Part shown: positions 39,787-51,900 of the stretch, in pieces
Position numbering within the stretch: position 1 is the first letter of the stretch
Layout: each line of letters starts with the position of its first letter
Notes under the pieces: model-generated
The model's database searches: none
The model's input: only the letters and a program-made list of their open reading frames with translations
What the model was told of the DNA's origin: nothing
DNA from: Dimorphilus gyrociliatus
Taxonomy: Eukaryota; Animalia; Annelida
NCBI GenBank assembly: GCA_904063045.1
Contig: CAJFCJ010000011.1
Location: forward strand, 1,116,001 to 1,180,000
Direction of reading: 5' to 3'
Length of the DNA: 64,000 nt
Position numbers and translations under genes: made by a program

Positions 39787-40084
39787 TGCTAAATATGATT
39801 AATTATCCCTTATTTCTGAGAAAACGTTTGATATACAAATAGATAGATTTTGTCGCAGCTTTCCAATTGGTTGGATGAATAAATAAGATTTTATTTATGA
39901 TATATATGTATTACTCTTTCAATAAAATAGTCTAACCTCTAGCGGTTTTAACCGGATATTTACGCATTTCGAAATGCATTCATTATTTTCGCAATGTCCA
40001 ATTAATGGACATTTCCCGCCATTGAGAAATTTGCTATATTTCGAAGTTCTTGCTAATTATTTCACGCTATTTTTCAAAACTGCT

Positions 40085-43000
40085 ATGGATCAGTTGGAAG
40101 ACATAATTAAAAATACAAAATTAGACGCGAGTAATATTACAGCCATAAATGAGCAGTTTCTACCAGGTATTAACGATAAATAGTGTTAGTGAAACCTGCA
40201 TATTCTTGTTTAGCCTTATATCAACATTTATCAAGGAAAAATTATTAGAAAAAATAGTGATTACCATAAATTTATGATGAAAGATATTACATTTTGCATA
40301 TGAGCAGGTTTTAATTTTTTTAGGTATTACGTTACGAAATTATCAAGTGAATGGAATAAACTGGATAGGGAGATGTTATTCAAGAAAACAGGGTTGTATC
40401 TTGGCAGATGAGATGGGTCTTGGTAAAACATGTCAAACAATTGGATTTCTGAAACAAATTGAAGGCATACATTTTATCTTAAGTCCTCTATCTGTTTTGG
40501 ATAATTGGAAAAAAGAACTTCGCAAGTTTTGCCCAAGCAATTTCCGCATATTCTATTTCGTTGGAGACAAAGAGAAGAGAAAAGAACTAAAATCCTCTTT
40601 TAAATCCTCAAATTATCGTATTGTACTTTCAACGTACGAAATATGTTTGAAAGAGGAAGAATTTCTTCAAAGAATTAACTTTCAGTAAGTAAAAAGTATA
40701 ATATAAACCTTTCACAGATATTTTTAATGAACTAACTGTTGTTTAGAGCTATGGTAATTGATGAAGCTCATAGACTAAAGAACAAAGAATCGCTTTTACA
40801 TAAGATGCTTTTAAATTTTTCTTGTTTCCGTCTATTATTGACTGGAACACCTATTCAGAATAATCTCAACGAATTGTACAACCTTTTATCTTTTTGCAAT
40901 CCGAAGATATTTAGGCAGCACTTTGCTGAACAATTTGTTGCTGAAGCCGTACACGATAAAAGCAGACTCAAGAATATTATGGAACCATTTATGTTAAGAA
41001 GAACTAAAGGGGAAGTTTCACTAGGAATACCTCCAAAACTTGAAACTGTACTTTACCATGGTTTAACTGGAACACAGAAGAAATTATATAAAGGAATATT
41101 ACGTAAAGATCCAACAGCTTTTCAATCAAACTCAAAAGTGAACTTAATGAATATTCTCATGCAACTCAGAAAAGTCGTTGCTCATCCTTATCTATTCGAC
41201 GGAGTTGAGCCGGAACCTTTCGAAATAGGCGAACATATTGTGGATGTAAGTGGAAAACTCTTTTTGCTTGACGCACTTTTGAAAAGATTACACAATGAGG
41301 GTCATAAAGTACTCGTTTTCTCACAAATGACTCGAGTTTTGGATATATTGCAAGATTATCTTGGCTTTAGAGGTTATTCGTACGAACGTCTAGATGGATC
41401 AATCAGAGGAGAGGAACGATATTGCGGTTGTTTTTCTTTTTTGCATTATCTATTTGACGGCTGGTGTGATTTTAAACAATTATTTATGTTTTGCAGCAAT
41501 CAAAAACTTTGAAGAAGAAGACGATGTGTTTGTTTTTCTTTTATCTACCAAAGCAGGAGGAGTGGGCTTGAATCTCATTTCGGCTGACACAGTTGTTTTA
41601 TTTGATTCCGACTTTAACCCGCAAAATGATGCACAGGCTATGGCGAGAGTACACAGAATCGGTCAAGTTCGTCCGGTTCGAGTATTTAGATTAATTGGAA
41701 AAAGTACGGTTGAAGAATTGATGCTTGCTAGAGCGGAACGTAAACTAAAACTCACTGAAGAAGTAAGCGGAAGTGATGAGGACGTTGGGGATGTTTTGAA
41801 ATTTGGATTAAATAAATTGTTTTCGGATGATGAATTGTATAGAATGACCGATGAGGAACTTGATGGAATTTTAGGCGAAAGCAAGGATGGAAGGTATAGC
41901 TAAATCACTTTTTATTGTCTTGTATATATTAGGAATTAATTTAGGTGGATTTTGGATGAAGAATCAGGGAAACACAATAGGAAAGATGAAAATTCTGAAG
42001 AAACAAAGGAATCTATCTACGTTTTCGAAGGATACGATTATTCGAAAGATGGAGCTATTTTAGATGAACTTCTTAAAGATTCTAATAAACAAAATAAAGA
42101 AAAAGCAGAATTAAGTAAGCGTAACTCTGTACGAGCTCTCAGATATGGAATCGATGATTTAGAAAAAATAAAACCAATCAGGAAAAAGTTAACCAAAGAA
42201 GAAAGAAAAATAAGACAACAACAAAGATTAGAAGAACTTTGGAGGAAAAATAATTATCAATCTGTATCTGAAACTTTGGATGACTCTAGTAGTGATGAAG
42301 AGTTCGAAGAAGACCTTAATACAATTAACTATACGGTAGGAGATGTTACAAAACCGGTAATGGGCAAGTCTGACAGAGGATCTATAATAGTACAATGTGT
42401 TGATATTAATGGGAAATGGGGAAGTGGAGGTGTTTTCTCTGCACTTGATACTTTATCAAAAGGTATAGGGGAACAATACGAATTCTCAGAGAGGATGAAG
42501 GATCTATTCTTAGGCGATACTCACATCATAAAACTAAATAACGTAAAGCATATTAAACATTCTTAAAAATAATATAAATACTAATTATTATATAGAATAT
42601 AAATATACCAGAATGTTTAATGTGCTTGAAAGAAATTATACGTTGGCCTTGTAGCTTGTCAAGATAAAAAGCGTCAGGTAAAGATGGACTCGTTGGAACT
42701 TTGTCTAAAGAAGATCAAACAGGGATCCCAGCGTCTAAACTGTAGCGTCCACTTACCTCGTATTGGTTTTGGAACCCCATCCTTCAACTGGTATGGAGCT
42801 GAACGTATCATTCGGAAAATTCTCACGAATAAAGGAGTCGAAACTTGGATTTATTATTTCAAGAGAAGAAAGAGATATATTCGACAATCCAGCTCTGATG
42901 GCGATGGAGCCACCGCAGATAAAAAGAGAAAACCAAATCTTGACCTGAGTAAATTTTGCATATATTTTTACAATATAGACGAAAAACGACGATCCGAATT

Positions 43001-43211
43001 GACGAAACGCTTAATTCGTTTAAACGCCGACATTCATTCAAGTTTAGAGGATTCAACAAGTCATGTGATTGTTGATAAGTATGATGAAGACAACTTAAAC
43101 GAACTACTGGATGGATTTGATGAGTGTGTTGTTGTTAAGATAAATTGGTTGCAGCAATGTCTGGAAAAGAACGAAATTGTTAAATTATCTGACGATTACA
43201 AAGTTAGATAA
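40085..43211 (+). CDS. CHD1L: Chromodomain-helicase-DNA-binding protein 1-like (ALC1): SNF2 ATPase, macro domain and C-terminal BRCT-like domain, about 898 aa
   Basis: Exons 40085-40166, 40324-40684, 40747-41426, 41497-41893, 41945-42542, 42633-43211 (2697 nt). Motifs [58 protein letters not shown]; ALC1-type macro domain ([33 protein letters not shown]). No chromodomains. Confidence 0.95.
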
Positions 43212-45134
43212 TTTATGTTGAAGGCGTTTACTAATTACAACTTAATAAAAAAAATGAAGTACGAAAATCCATTCAAAGACTATAGTTTATAACTACAGTA
43301 CTATCTTGATAATTTTTGCACTAGTATATAATTATTACTAAAAGTACACTTAAAGCACCTATATGACAATTTTACATTTATATAAAGTGTAGCTGTATGA
43401 AAAGAGATATTGTAGCCTAAAATATACAACGTATTCTATTTATGGAATTCTCGCTTATAATGCATAGGCAAAGCCGTCAAACATCAGCTTGTTGATAAAA
43501 GACTATACTTCTACAATTAAATTGATTTGTAAAGACATTTTAATTAAATCTTTTTGTTCAGTCAGCGTTGGTGTTGTTACGACTATTAAATATTAAACTA
43601 ACTATTTAGGAATTAAAGCAACAAGCCTCTCAAGCTTTTCAAAGATGAAATTTATAACAAATGGTATCAAATTGATAAGAACGAAACAAAAAGTACGAAT
43701 AAGAAATTGAATGACAAATTGGTGAATCATAAGTTTTTTTATAGAAGAGTATGATATGCTATTTATTAAACTAGCGTTTCATATTACTGTTTATACTGTA
43801 TATATTATATGTATATATAAATTCATTTTGTTATATTATTTTGATATTTCCGAGCAAAGCTCTAAGTTTGTCACGAATTATCTTACAATATCTATAGTTA
43901 GATAAAAAAAATGTATATTCATATCAAATTATAAACTCCTAACGACTTTTAAGGTAGCTGGTTATATGAAACTTAAAATATATTATTATAAAGATTTACT
44001 CAAACACAAAGCAAGAGTGATTAAAACTTGATTAAAATATTGAATAATAGAACTTCTATTCTATTAGTTTTTCTATTGAAATTAATGACAGGATTAGTAG
44101 TCTTAAGTCACATTCGCGCGAAATCATTCTAATCGGGGCACTGTCCACTGTCAGATAACAATCCTGGTATAGAAGGTGTCAGATGAAAAATTACAGAGAG
44201 TTTAAGATGTAAAGCCAGCGGGATGAAAATGATATTTTACGGAAATATGTTGATTTACGAATTATATGAAGGAATAAGACTGAACTTGGCGAACCTGAAC
44301 CTTGATAACTATCACGATATCAACTGACAAGATATTATTTTTCAAAAATGGCGATTATGATACAAACTCTTCACTTTAGGAGGGAAAATTACATCGTGAA
44401 AAAACTGTTCTTCATCTGCAAAGATCTAAAGTATATAGGAAGGACAAGATTAACTAAATCAAAATAGTAAAAGAGTTTATGCTCAGGCCCAACAGAAACG
44501 TTTCTTTCCATAACCATAGACTGTTTATATGCAACGATTGTGTAAAGTTATTAATAAATAAGCAGTTATTCATACACATATATCTTATAAAGATTTGGTA
44601 TTATATCTAACTTGTATTTAAAGTTTCATTTACATTATTCCTTCCGTTGTAGAACTATGAATACAAGATAATTATGTAAAGATTTATCTTACATAGATGT
44701 TAAAATTAGTCTATTAAAAGAGTTTTTATTTCCTCTTCGCAATCCTTAAAATAGACCATAAATCTTTTTATTCCATTCAGCTACGTTTCCTCTTGAAAGA
44801 GATCACAAAAGGCTTGGGTTCGTTTAAGTGATTCAAGATTGTTTAAACGATAATTTTTAATTGGCAATATAAACGATGAAAGGGTTTATTGGAATTATTA
44901 AATCAAAGATTTCACTTAGTTTGTTCGTGCGTTGTGAATAGTTGAAAATATTCCCTAAGGAGCTTATCTAATTCAACATCAAAGTACGTACGGGTGTTTT
45001 ATACCAATTCAAAGAGTTCACAGTGCACAATTTGAAGTAATTAATACAATTTCATAGAATATTTCTCTCCAGATTTACTCTTGTGAATAATCTAACTAAT
45101 AGTTATCTTTTCGGCTAATTCTGGGATCTTTAAT

Positions 45135-46378
45135 TCAATTTACGGTGGCAATATTGGCGTCAGTCTCTGTTGAAACTGGTTCTGCTTTATTTTTACAAAA
45201 CAGAATCTTAACAATTGCTTTTCTCATATCCTTATTGCTGAAGGCATATACGAAGGGATTAAATGTACTATTTAAATAAGTCATCCAAAAAGTTGCCGTG
45301 TATAACCTAGAATCAGAGAATAGTTGTTAAATCTATTAATTGATATAAGTTAAACTCCAACAGTGACGTCTAATCTACCAAATTTCATCAAAACAAGAGA
45401 TTTTCTTCTTATAAACTTTGTTTCAATTAGAATATATGCTAAGTTTTAACTTTAATAGATTTTTTAAGTTAATGATAGTCCATCAATATATTACTTTTCT
45501 ATATCTTAATAGAATTAGAAGGTTTAGCTATTATTACAAGTTAAAATCTCTGATTCTACGTTACTGACCATTCAGGAACCAATTTCATGTCGACAGCGCT
45601 CAAGTCGAAGATAAAATGAAAAGGAATCCAACAAACAGCATATGCAAGTACTACGTATGACAATGTAGCGAAGGCCTTTTTCTCTTTAATTCTTTTTCTT
45701 TCTACTATCTGATCATTTGTTAAAGAGCTAACAGTTCTTTTCATTTTTATTGCTACCGAGAAATAGCATACAAGAATTAAGAAACATGGTAGATGATGAC
45801 CAACAGATGCTATAAATATAACAAACTCTGGATGATTATTTGGTTCCCATTTACATACGTTAGGTTCGGTATAATCGAGACGATCTTTGATACAAGGCCC
45901 AAGCCAAACAGCTAAGACTGCTGCCCAGCATACGATAATAATGTATATAACCCTCTTTTTAGTACTATGCTATTATGAAAGAAATATATAACATTTATAG
46001 GTTTAAGGAAGAATAAGAGCAAATCATACAAACCTGTTTATATTGTATTGGTCTCTTTACAGCCCATAGCCTGTCAACTGAAATGGACACTAATGTGAAT
46101 ACGCTTGCAAAAGTCATTCCATAATCAAAAAAAATCCAAACTCCACACATAAATTCACCAAATGGCCAGTAACCAAGTATAACATCAAAAGTATAAAAAC
46201 TCATTGCAGTCAAAGCAACTGCAGCATCGGTAATAGCTAAATTGATCAGATAAAATGTGAACGTGGTCCGTAATTTCTTCGTCATGAAAAACGCAATTAA
46301 TACAACTAAATTACCCCATAGAGTAATTATAGTAGTACAACTAAGGAATAAACCAAGAACAACGGTACTTGCTTTCAT
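45135..46378 (-). CDS. Class A aminergic GPCR (muscarinic/histamine H3-H4-like motifs), about 305 aa, 3 coding exons
   Basis: Exons 46378(first ATG; a further 5' exon is possible)-46034, 45969-45569, 45306-45135. TM1 GN, TM2 LAITD, TM3 CGVWIFFDYGMTFASVFTLVSISVDRL (Asp3.32), TM6 CWIPFH, TM7 FWMTYLNSTFNPFVY. Confidence 0.88.
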
Positions 46379-46425
46379 TCTCACTTTCAAATAATATCCA
46401 TTGTTGAGACATCTTCTAAATAATG

Positions 46426-46442
46426 ATCACCAGGGGGCACTA
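46426..46442 (+). promoter_or_regulatory. CTCF-like binding motif
   Basis: ATCACCAGGGGGCACTA just upstream of the GPCR ORF; a second match GACACTAGATGGCGCT lies at 46786-46801. Confidence 0.5.
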
Positions 46443-47686
46443 AAAAAGTTTTACGTTGTTTTCATTATCACGTTACCCCTTATCACTAGAGATTATTGGA
46501 CAAGGTATGATTACTGTTTACTCTGAAGATTACCAATTTTCTTTTATTTCATTATTGCTAGTGACATTAAAAATCTATTATGTTATCATTTGGGAATATG
46601 AAAAAATGATCTTTATCTTTTAAGAAGAGATTTATCTTGCATCCATAACATTCATCTTTTCGCATGACTTTTCCCCCCTTGTTGTTTCTATTGCACTATT
46701 GCACCCACAAAGCAACAAACTTGTATCTTCTCTATATTCTTAAAGTATAATAACATGTAAAGATTCTTCAATTAGCTAAAGTATCGACACTAGATGGCGC
46801 TTTGTAAATACGCCCTGTACTCAAAACAGGGATAATTTTCAAGTTAGAGCCGGTCTTGTGTAATTTACAATACTTATTTAACCTAATATTCCAAATTTCG
46901 CTTCTTCATTATGAAGATTCTTTTCGGGAATGACGTTTAGTTTCCTTTCCGAAAGGCTTCAGGCTATACAGTGATGTTGGAGTCTAGAAAATTTGTACAA
47001 AGTAGATGAACTGATCAGAAGACACATAGTAAGGAAGGATGTAAAAGAAAAGCGGGAGACATTCTAGTCACATAAATAAGGCTCACGATAATACAGCCTT
47101 TATGCGTACAACAGCAAACTATTTGTCACTGTCATACGAAAAACTGAAATTGCATTAAATATAGGCCTATTTATAGCTTTTGTGACAGAAAATGAAATAT
47201 CTAAGCTTTAAGAGTAGTTAATAATAAGAATAAATAATGTTAAGTGTTCGATATGGTTAAGAAGCGCCTTGTGAAAAGTTTTAAACGAGTTTTAATCTTA
47301 ATTATCGACAAATACGGTATTATTCTGTAATTCTTACTATATTTATTACTTTTATATAATAAAAGGAAGAGGCAATTAATAAAGTTTTATCTACTCTCTT
47401 TTATATTTTATTCTATTTTTGAATGATTCAGAGAGACTTAATACAATTTTTATTATAATTTGTTTTGTCTAAGATTAACTAAATCTGCATATTAAACTCA
47501 TCAAAAGGGGTTTTGGTTAGGGATTATTATCTTGTTCGATGTCTATAAGATTTAAGATAATGAATTAGTAATCTTTCGAGTAGTCGTTAATAATTTCTGT
47601 ACTAAATCTTCCAATAATCAATAGTAATATTTCTAATAAACTAGATCAATTTTAGTAATTTTACCGGAAAAGGATTAATTGAAGAG

Positions 47687-47690
<4 letters not shown>

Positions 47691-47716
<26 letters not shown>
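47691..47716. repeat. (AG)n microsatellite
   Basis: 13 AG units, followed by degenerate AGAT/AGAC units. Confidence 0.95.
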
Positions 47717-47717
<1 letters not shown>

Positions 47718-48748
47718 TTAGATAGATAGACAGATAGATATCGACATAGAGAGGAGGAGAAAGAGACAGAGAAAGTGGAGAAATATTCACCTTCCTGTAT
47801 TCTCATCTTCGAAGGTAAGAGGCAACTTAAAACTCGCTTAAAATGACTAAATAAATGCAAATTTCTATAGGTAATTAAATGAAAGCAAGTTTATATTTTT
47901 TAAGAAATTATTCTACTAAGAAGAGATAAAAATAATAGAATTTAAATACTTCAATATGCTTTAATAGCGATGTTTAATTAATAATAAACATTAGCACATG
48001 TTACGGTTATTTATTATGTCTATAACATTTACCTATCTAATGGAATTTTTATTAAAAATCTTACACTTTTTTCTAAATCCACAAAGGGATTAACCAAAAT
48101 AATAACAATACAGATGGCGTTAGGTAAAGCATTTTAATCCTATATGTAACGGGAAATCATGTATTACCGGAGTAAAAAGGAGTGGTAAATAGATACGAGA
48201 AAGGAAAGTTACTTTCGAAGAGAGAAGTAAAATTATCTAGAAATATCTCACTTTCAAAAAATTACAAGGTATTAGAATAAGAACGTTTCTGAAGCTGCTG
48301 ATAGCGTTAGTAAATATAGAATAATGAAAGAGAAGGATAGTAGAAAAGAGGGTGGAGCTAATTTTTTTTTTCGGTTGGGAATAGAAAAGAGTATTCGACT
48401 ACTTTAATAGGAGAATACTAAGCAAGATTAAACTAAAAGAGCGTTTATTTATACAAACTAGCCAATAAACATAACGCGTACAAAAAAAAAACGCAAAAAT
48501 GGCACGTGTCTACATCACTCACTCAACTCGTTGCAGTCTGGTGAGCGGCACGGTTCTCTCCCTTCTCTCTATGTATACTTTATATATGCAGTTCCTACGG
48601 TTTCTGGCCGACTTTTGCAGTTAAAAATCTTACGAAGAGGAAAAGAAAGAGAAGAAAGAAAAAATTTTGTGTTGGAGCTCTAAAAGCCCGAAAAGAAGAG
48701 AGAGAGAACTGTCTGTGAACGAGTGAGAAAAATAAAGGCTAAGGCTGC

Positions 48749-48779
<31 letters not shown>

Positions 48780-48804
48780 ATATATACATATGTATGGATA
48801 AATA

Positions 48805-48837
<33 letters not shown>

Positions 48838-48977
48838 AATTTATATATTTATATATTACATATAAAAATTTCTAAAATTGCATATATATATATTCATAGT
48901 GAAGAATCTGGATCAAAGGGACAAAGATAAGATTTTAGGAAAGACTATAGAATATATGTCAAATATATAGGGAAAAT

Positions 48978-51900
48978 ATGATCAGCCTCCTCTTCATCGT
49001 TCTCCTTCTTCATCAGAGTTTGGCTAAGACTGAAAAAGGTAGGAGAATTAATAATATTCTCTCATTATTTCAAAAAGTGAATAATTTTTTAAATATTTAC
49101 CAATAGTATGTATACTAAAAACGCAGGAACAAACTATAATCATTCTATCATCATAGAATACAGCTGTTCTTGTAAAAATAGATAAACTTTAATAGTTTAT
49201 AATTAGGACTATGATACCAATTAGAGTAATAAAAGCAATTATAAATTATATTCATAAGTTAAAATACTAAAGGAAATGTTTACTTAAAAGAAAATTGTTA
49301 GAATAGTAAATGACATTTTCGGGAAATTTCACCAATGAGCTATATCAGAGATTGCGTCAAATCAGGCATGTCTACCCTCTAAGGGACAGCCTGGTGTTTA
49401 CAACATAATTTATGTAAGATATCATATATATATATAGTTTCACTTAACATTTTATATATCTTTTGTTAAAAATCCTTTTCTCTGGTCAATATTACATAGT
49501 TCCACTTATTCTCTTTCCCCCTCTCTCTTTCTCTCTCTATCTCTCCTACTCGCAACAATTAACTTCAAAGAGAGAAATTCACATGATAAAAGTGTATAGT
49601 ACATAGAATGATTGTATTTTGATGAAATAGTAATCTAATACGACTATATGATCGAATGCTTAGATCAAAGTTTGAAGGAGAAGGGTTAAAGTTTACTTTC
49701 TTTCATATTAAAAACTTTTAAAATTGGAGCGTTAAGGAAAAGATAAAGAGTAAGGAGACTTTTTAAAATTTTAACGACTACTAATCAAAAAAGAAATAGA
49801 AAGCTGTTTCTAGCAAATTTTTAGAATCTTTCTGTGTCGTGGCTGTAATATGATTTTTGAGAAGTTATTATATATGTTAGAACAAAAGTGCTAGAGATTG
49901 ATTTATCTTCGCATAGGAAAACTTGTCGAGATAAAGGTTTCTTTCACGAAGAGAATTACATCCTAAATCCTGCCTTTCTATCCCCTCCTTTTTATTTACA
50001 GTGTAAGACCAATCGATAAGCAACATTTGCGCCTGTCTAATTCGGCAGCGTCCCTTTTCACCCGTCCGCCTTCTCTTCTCTTTTTATATAGTATTGGTCG
50101 ATAAATTTCCTAGGCGAATGACCCTTTCGGCGAAGATAAATCGACTGCAATATAGGACAGCAAGCGGAACGATTGATCCTACTTAAACGTGCCTTTATCT
50201 TTCTTTTTGTTTAGTGTCTAAACTCCCTCCCCCCACTTCTAAAAACTCATCTTGTACTACCTTATCTTTCCCATCTCGATTATGTGATTTTCACTCTTTC
50301 TATTTCTCTTTAACGACATATAAGAACCTCCGGCACCCACAAAGAACCATACAACTACAAACGTCCGGTGCCGTTGTTGGATTATCACCGAAAACTACGC
50401 TTATAAATGAAGCTATTGAAAAAGAAATTCAATGTCTATAAATCATTTATTGAGGCGTACGAACGATTAGTAATTTAGTTCCTTAAAACGTGAATAATAA
50501 ATTAGGCGATCTCAAATCTTTCCCGTCCCTTTCTCTCCCTCCCTCCCCCTCCCTTCTCTCTCTCTCTCTCTCTTCCTGTACCCCCTTATTCAAAGCACAT
50601 TAATTTTTACATATATTTGCGCAAATTCATTGAACAGGTGTATTTATTGCAATTAACTATTCATATTTAACAAAGAATATAAAGCCTACACATTTATATA
50701 AAATCATTGAAATATTGAAATAGATACTGCATTGTATTCCAATAAAAAAAATATATGAAGTAAAAGGAAGAATGACGCCAGTGAAAAAAAATAGATAGAC
50801 AAATTAGCTAGAATTATCCAAAGAGAGGATTAGCAAATGTATTGCCTAGAAAGTAACGGAAATGAATATGAGAATACACGACGAAGAAAAAACAGTTCAG
50901 TAGAGTAGATAATATTAGTGGATTGTTGAGAAGTGACGCGACAAACTGTAAATCCCCTAAGGGATGGAAAGCATATTTGGAAAAATGCGCAACCGCAAAT
51001 TACTAGTCGTAAAAAATAAATTTTTGCTTTTTCTACCTCTATATTTACTATATTCCTTCGATTTTCCCCACTTTATGCTCATTTCTGAAGTTTGATATGA
51101 TAGAAAGGGGAAAATATGGGAAAAGGCAGAGAAAAAATCTACAAAGATATATGGAAAGAAATGATAAGTTAAAGAGGGAGAACTTTTTTCTTATGTTATT
51201 TTTTTTCTAAAAATAAGAAAGCGCAAAGAGGTAGGAAGATAACTAGAAACAGGCGTTAATCAGAGGCAACAAGTTCATCTTGTAACACAAAAAAAACGTC
51301 TGTAGGCAATTAGAGTTAGGCGTCTACTAAAACGGATTCGTTTCAATTGAATGCAAATGAAGTGAGAGGTTTTTCTTTCTGTATGAGCGACCCAAGAGAA
51401 ATTCTTGTTAGAAACGTTTTCTCCGTTGATCTACTTCTCTTTAAAACTCAATATGGCTCGGGATAATCTTATTGCTCTGTAGCATTTAAGTTTCCATTTT
51501 AAAATGTAATATTCTTCTAGTTTCAAAGAGGAATTCCATTCTCTTCTCAGCCCTTTATAAGTAGATAATTATCGAACACAAAGGCCAATTCGTTATCGGA
51601 AAAATGTTTGATCTATAAGCAGTAAATACAAGCATTTATTTTTAAATATCGCTCAAAAGAAACATTATAAAAGAATTTAACTGTATCAATAATAAATAAA
51701 TTTTCATATATAAGAAATGCTTGTATTGGTGACATTAATAATAATAAAGTATAATTTCAAGCATAGATGAAACCGTTTATCTAAGTTTGTTTAGGCCTAT
51801 TTACAGCCTATTACGAAGAGAATGTTTTAGAATCCATACTTCAGATCGAAAAACGCCGTGAAAATTGCTTTGGCAAACACAACTCGACCTTTACGAAAGT

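Noticed and set aside
44100-44470. Coding-like composition between CHD1L and the GPCR
   Set aside because: All frames are interrupted by stops within about 45 codons, and it does not join the GPCR model.
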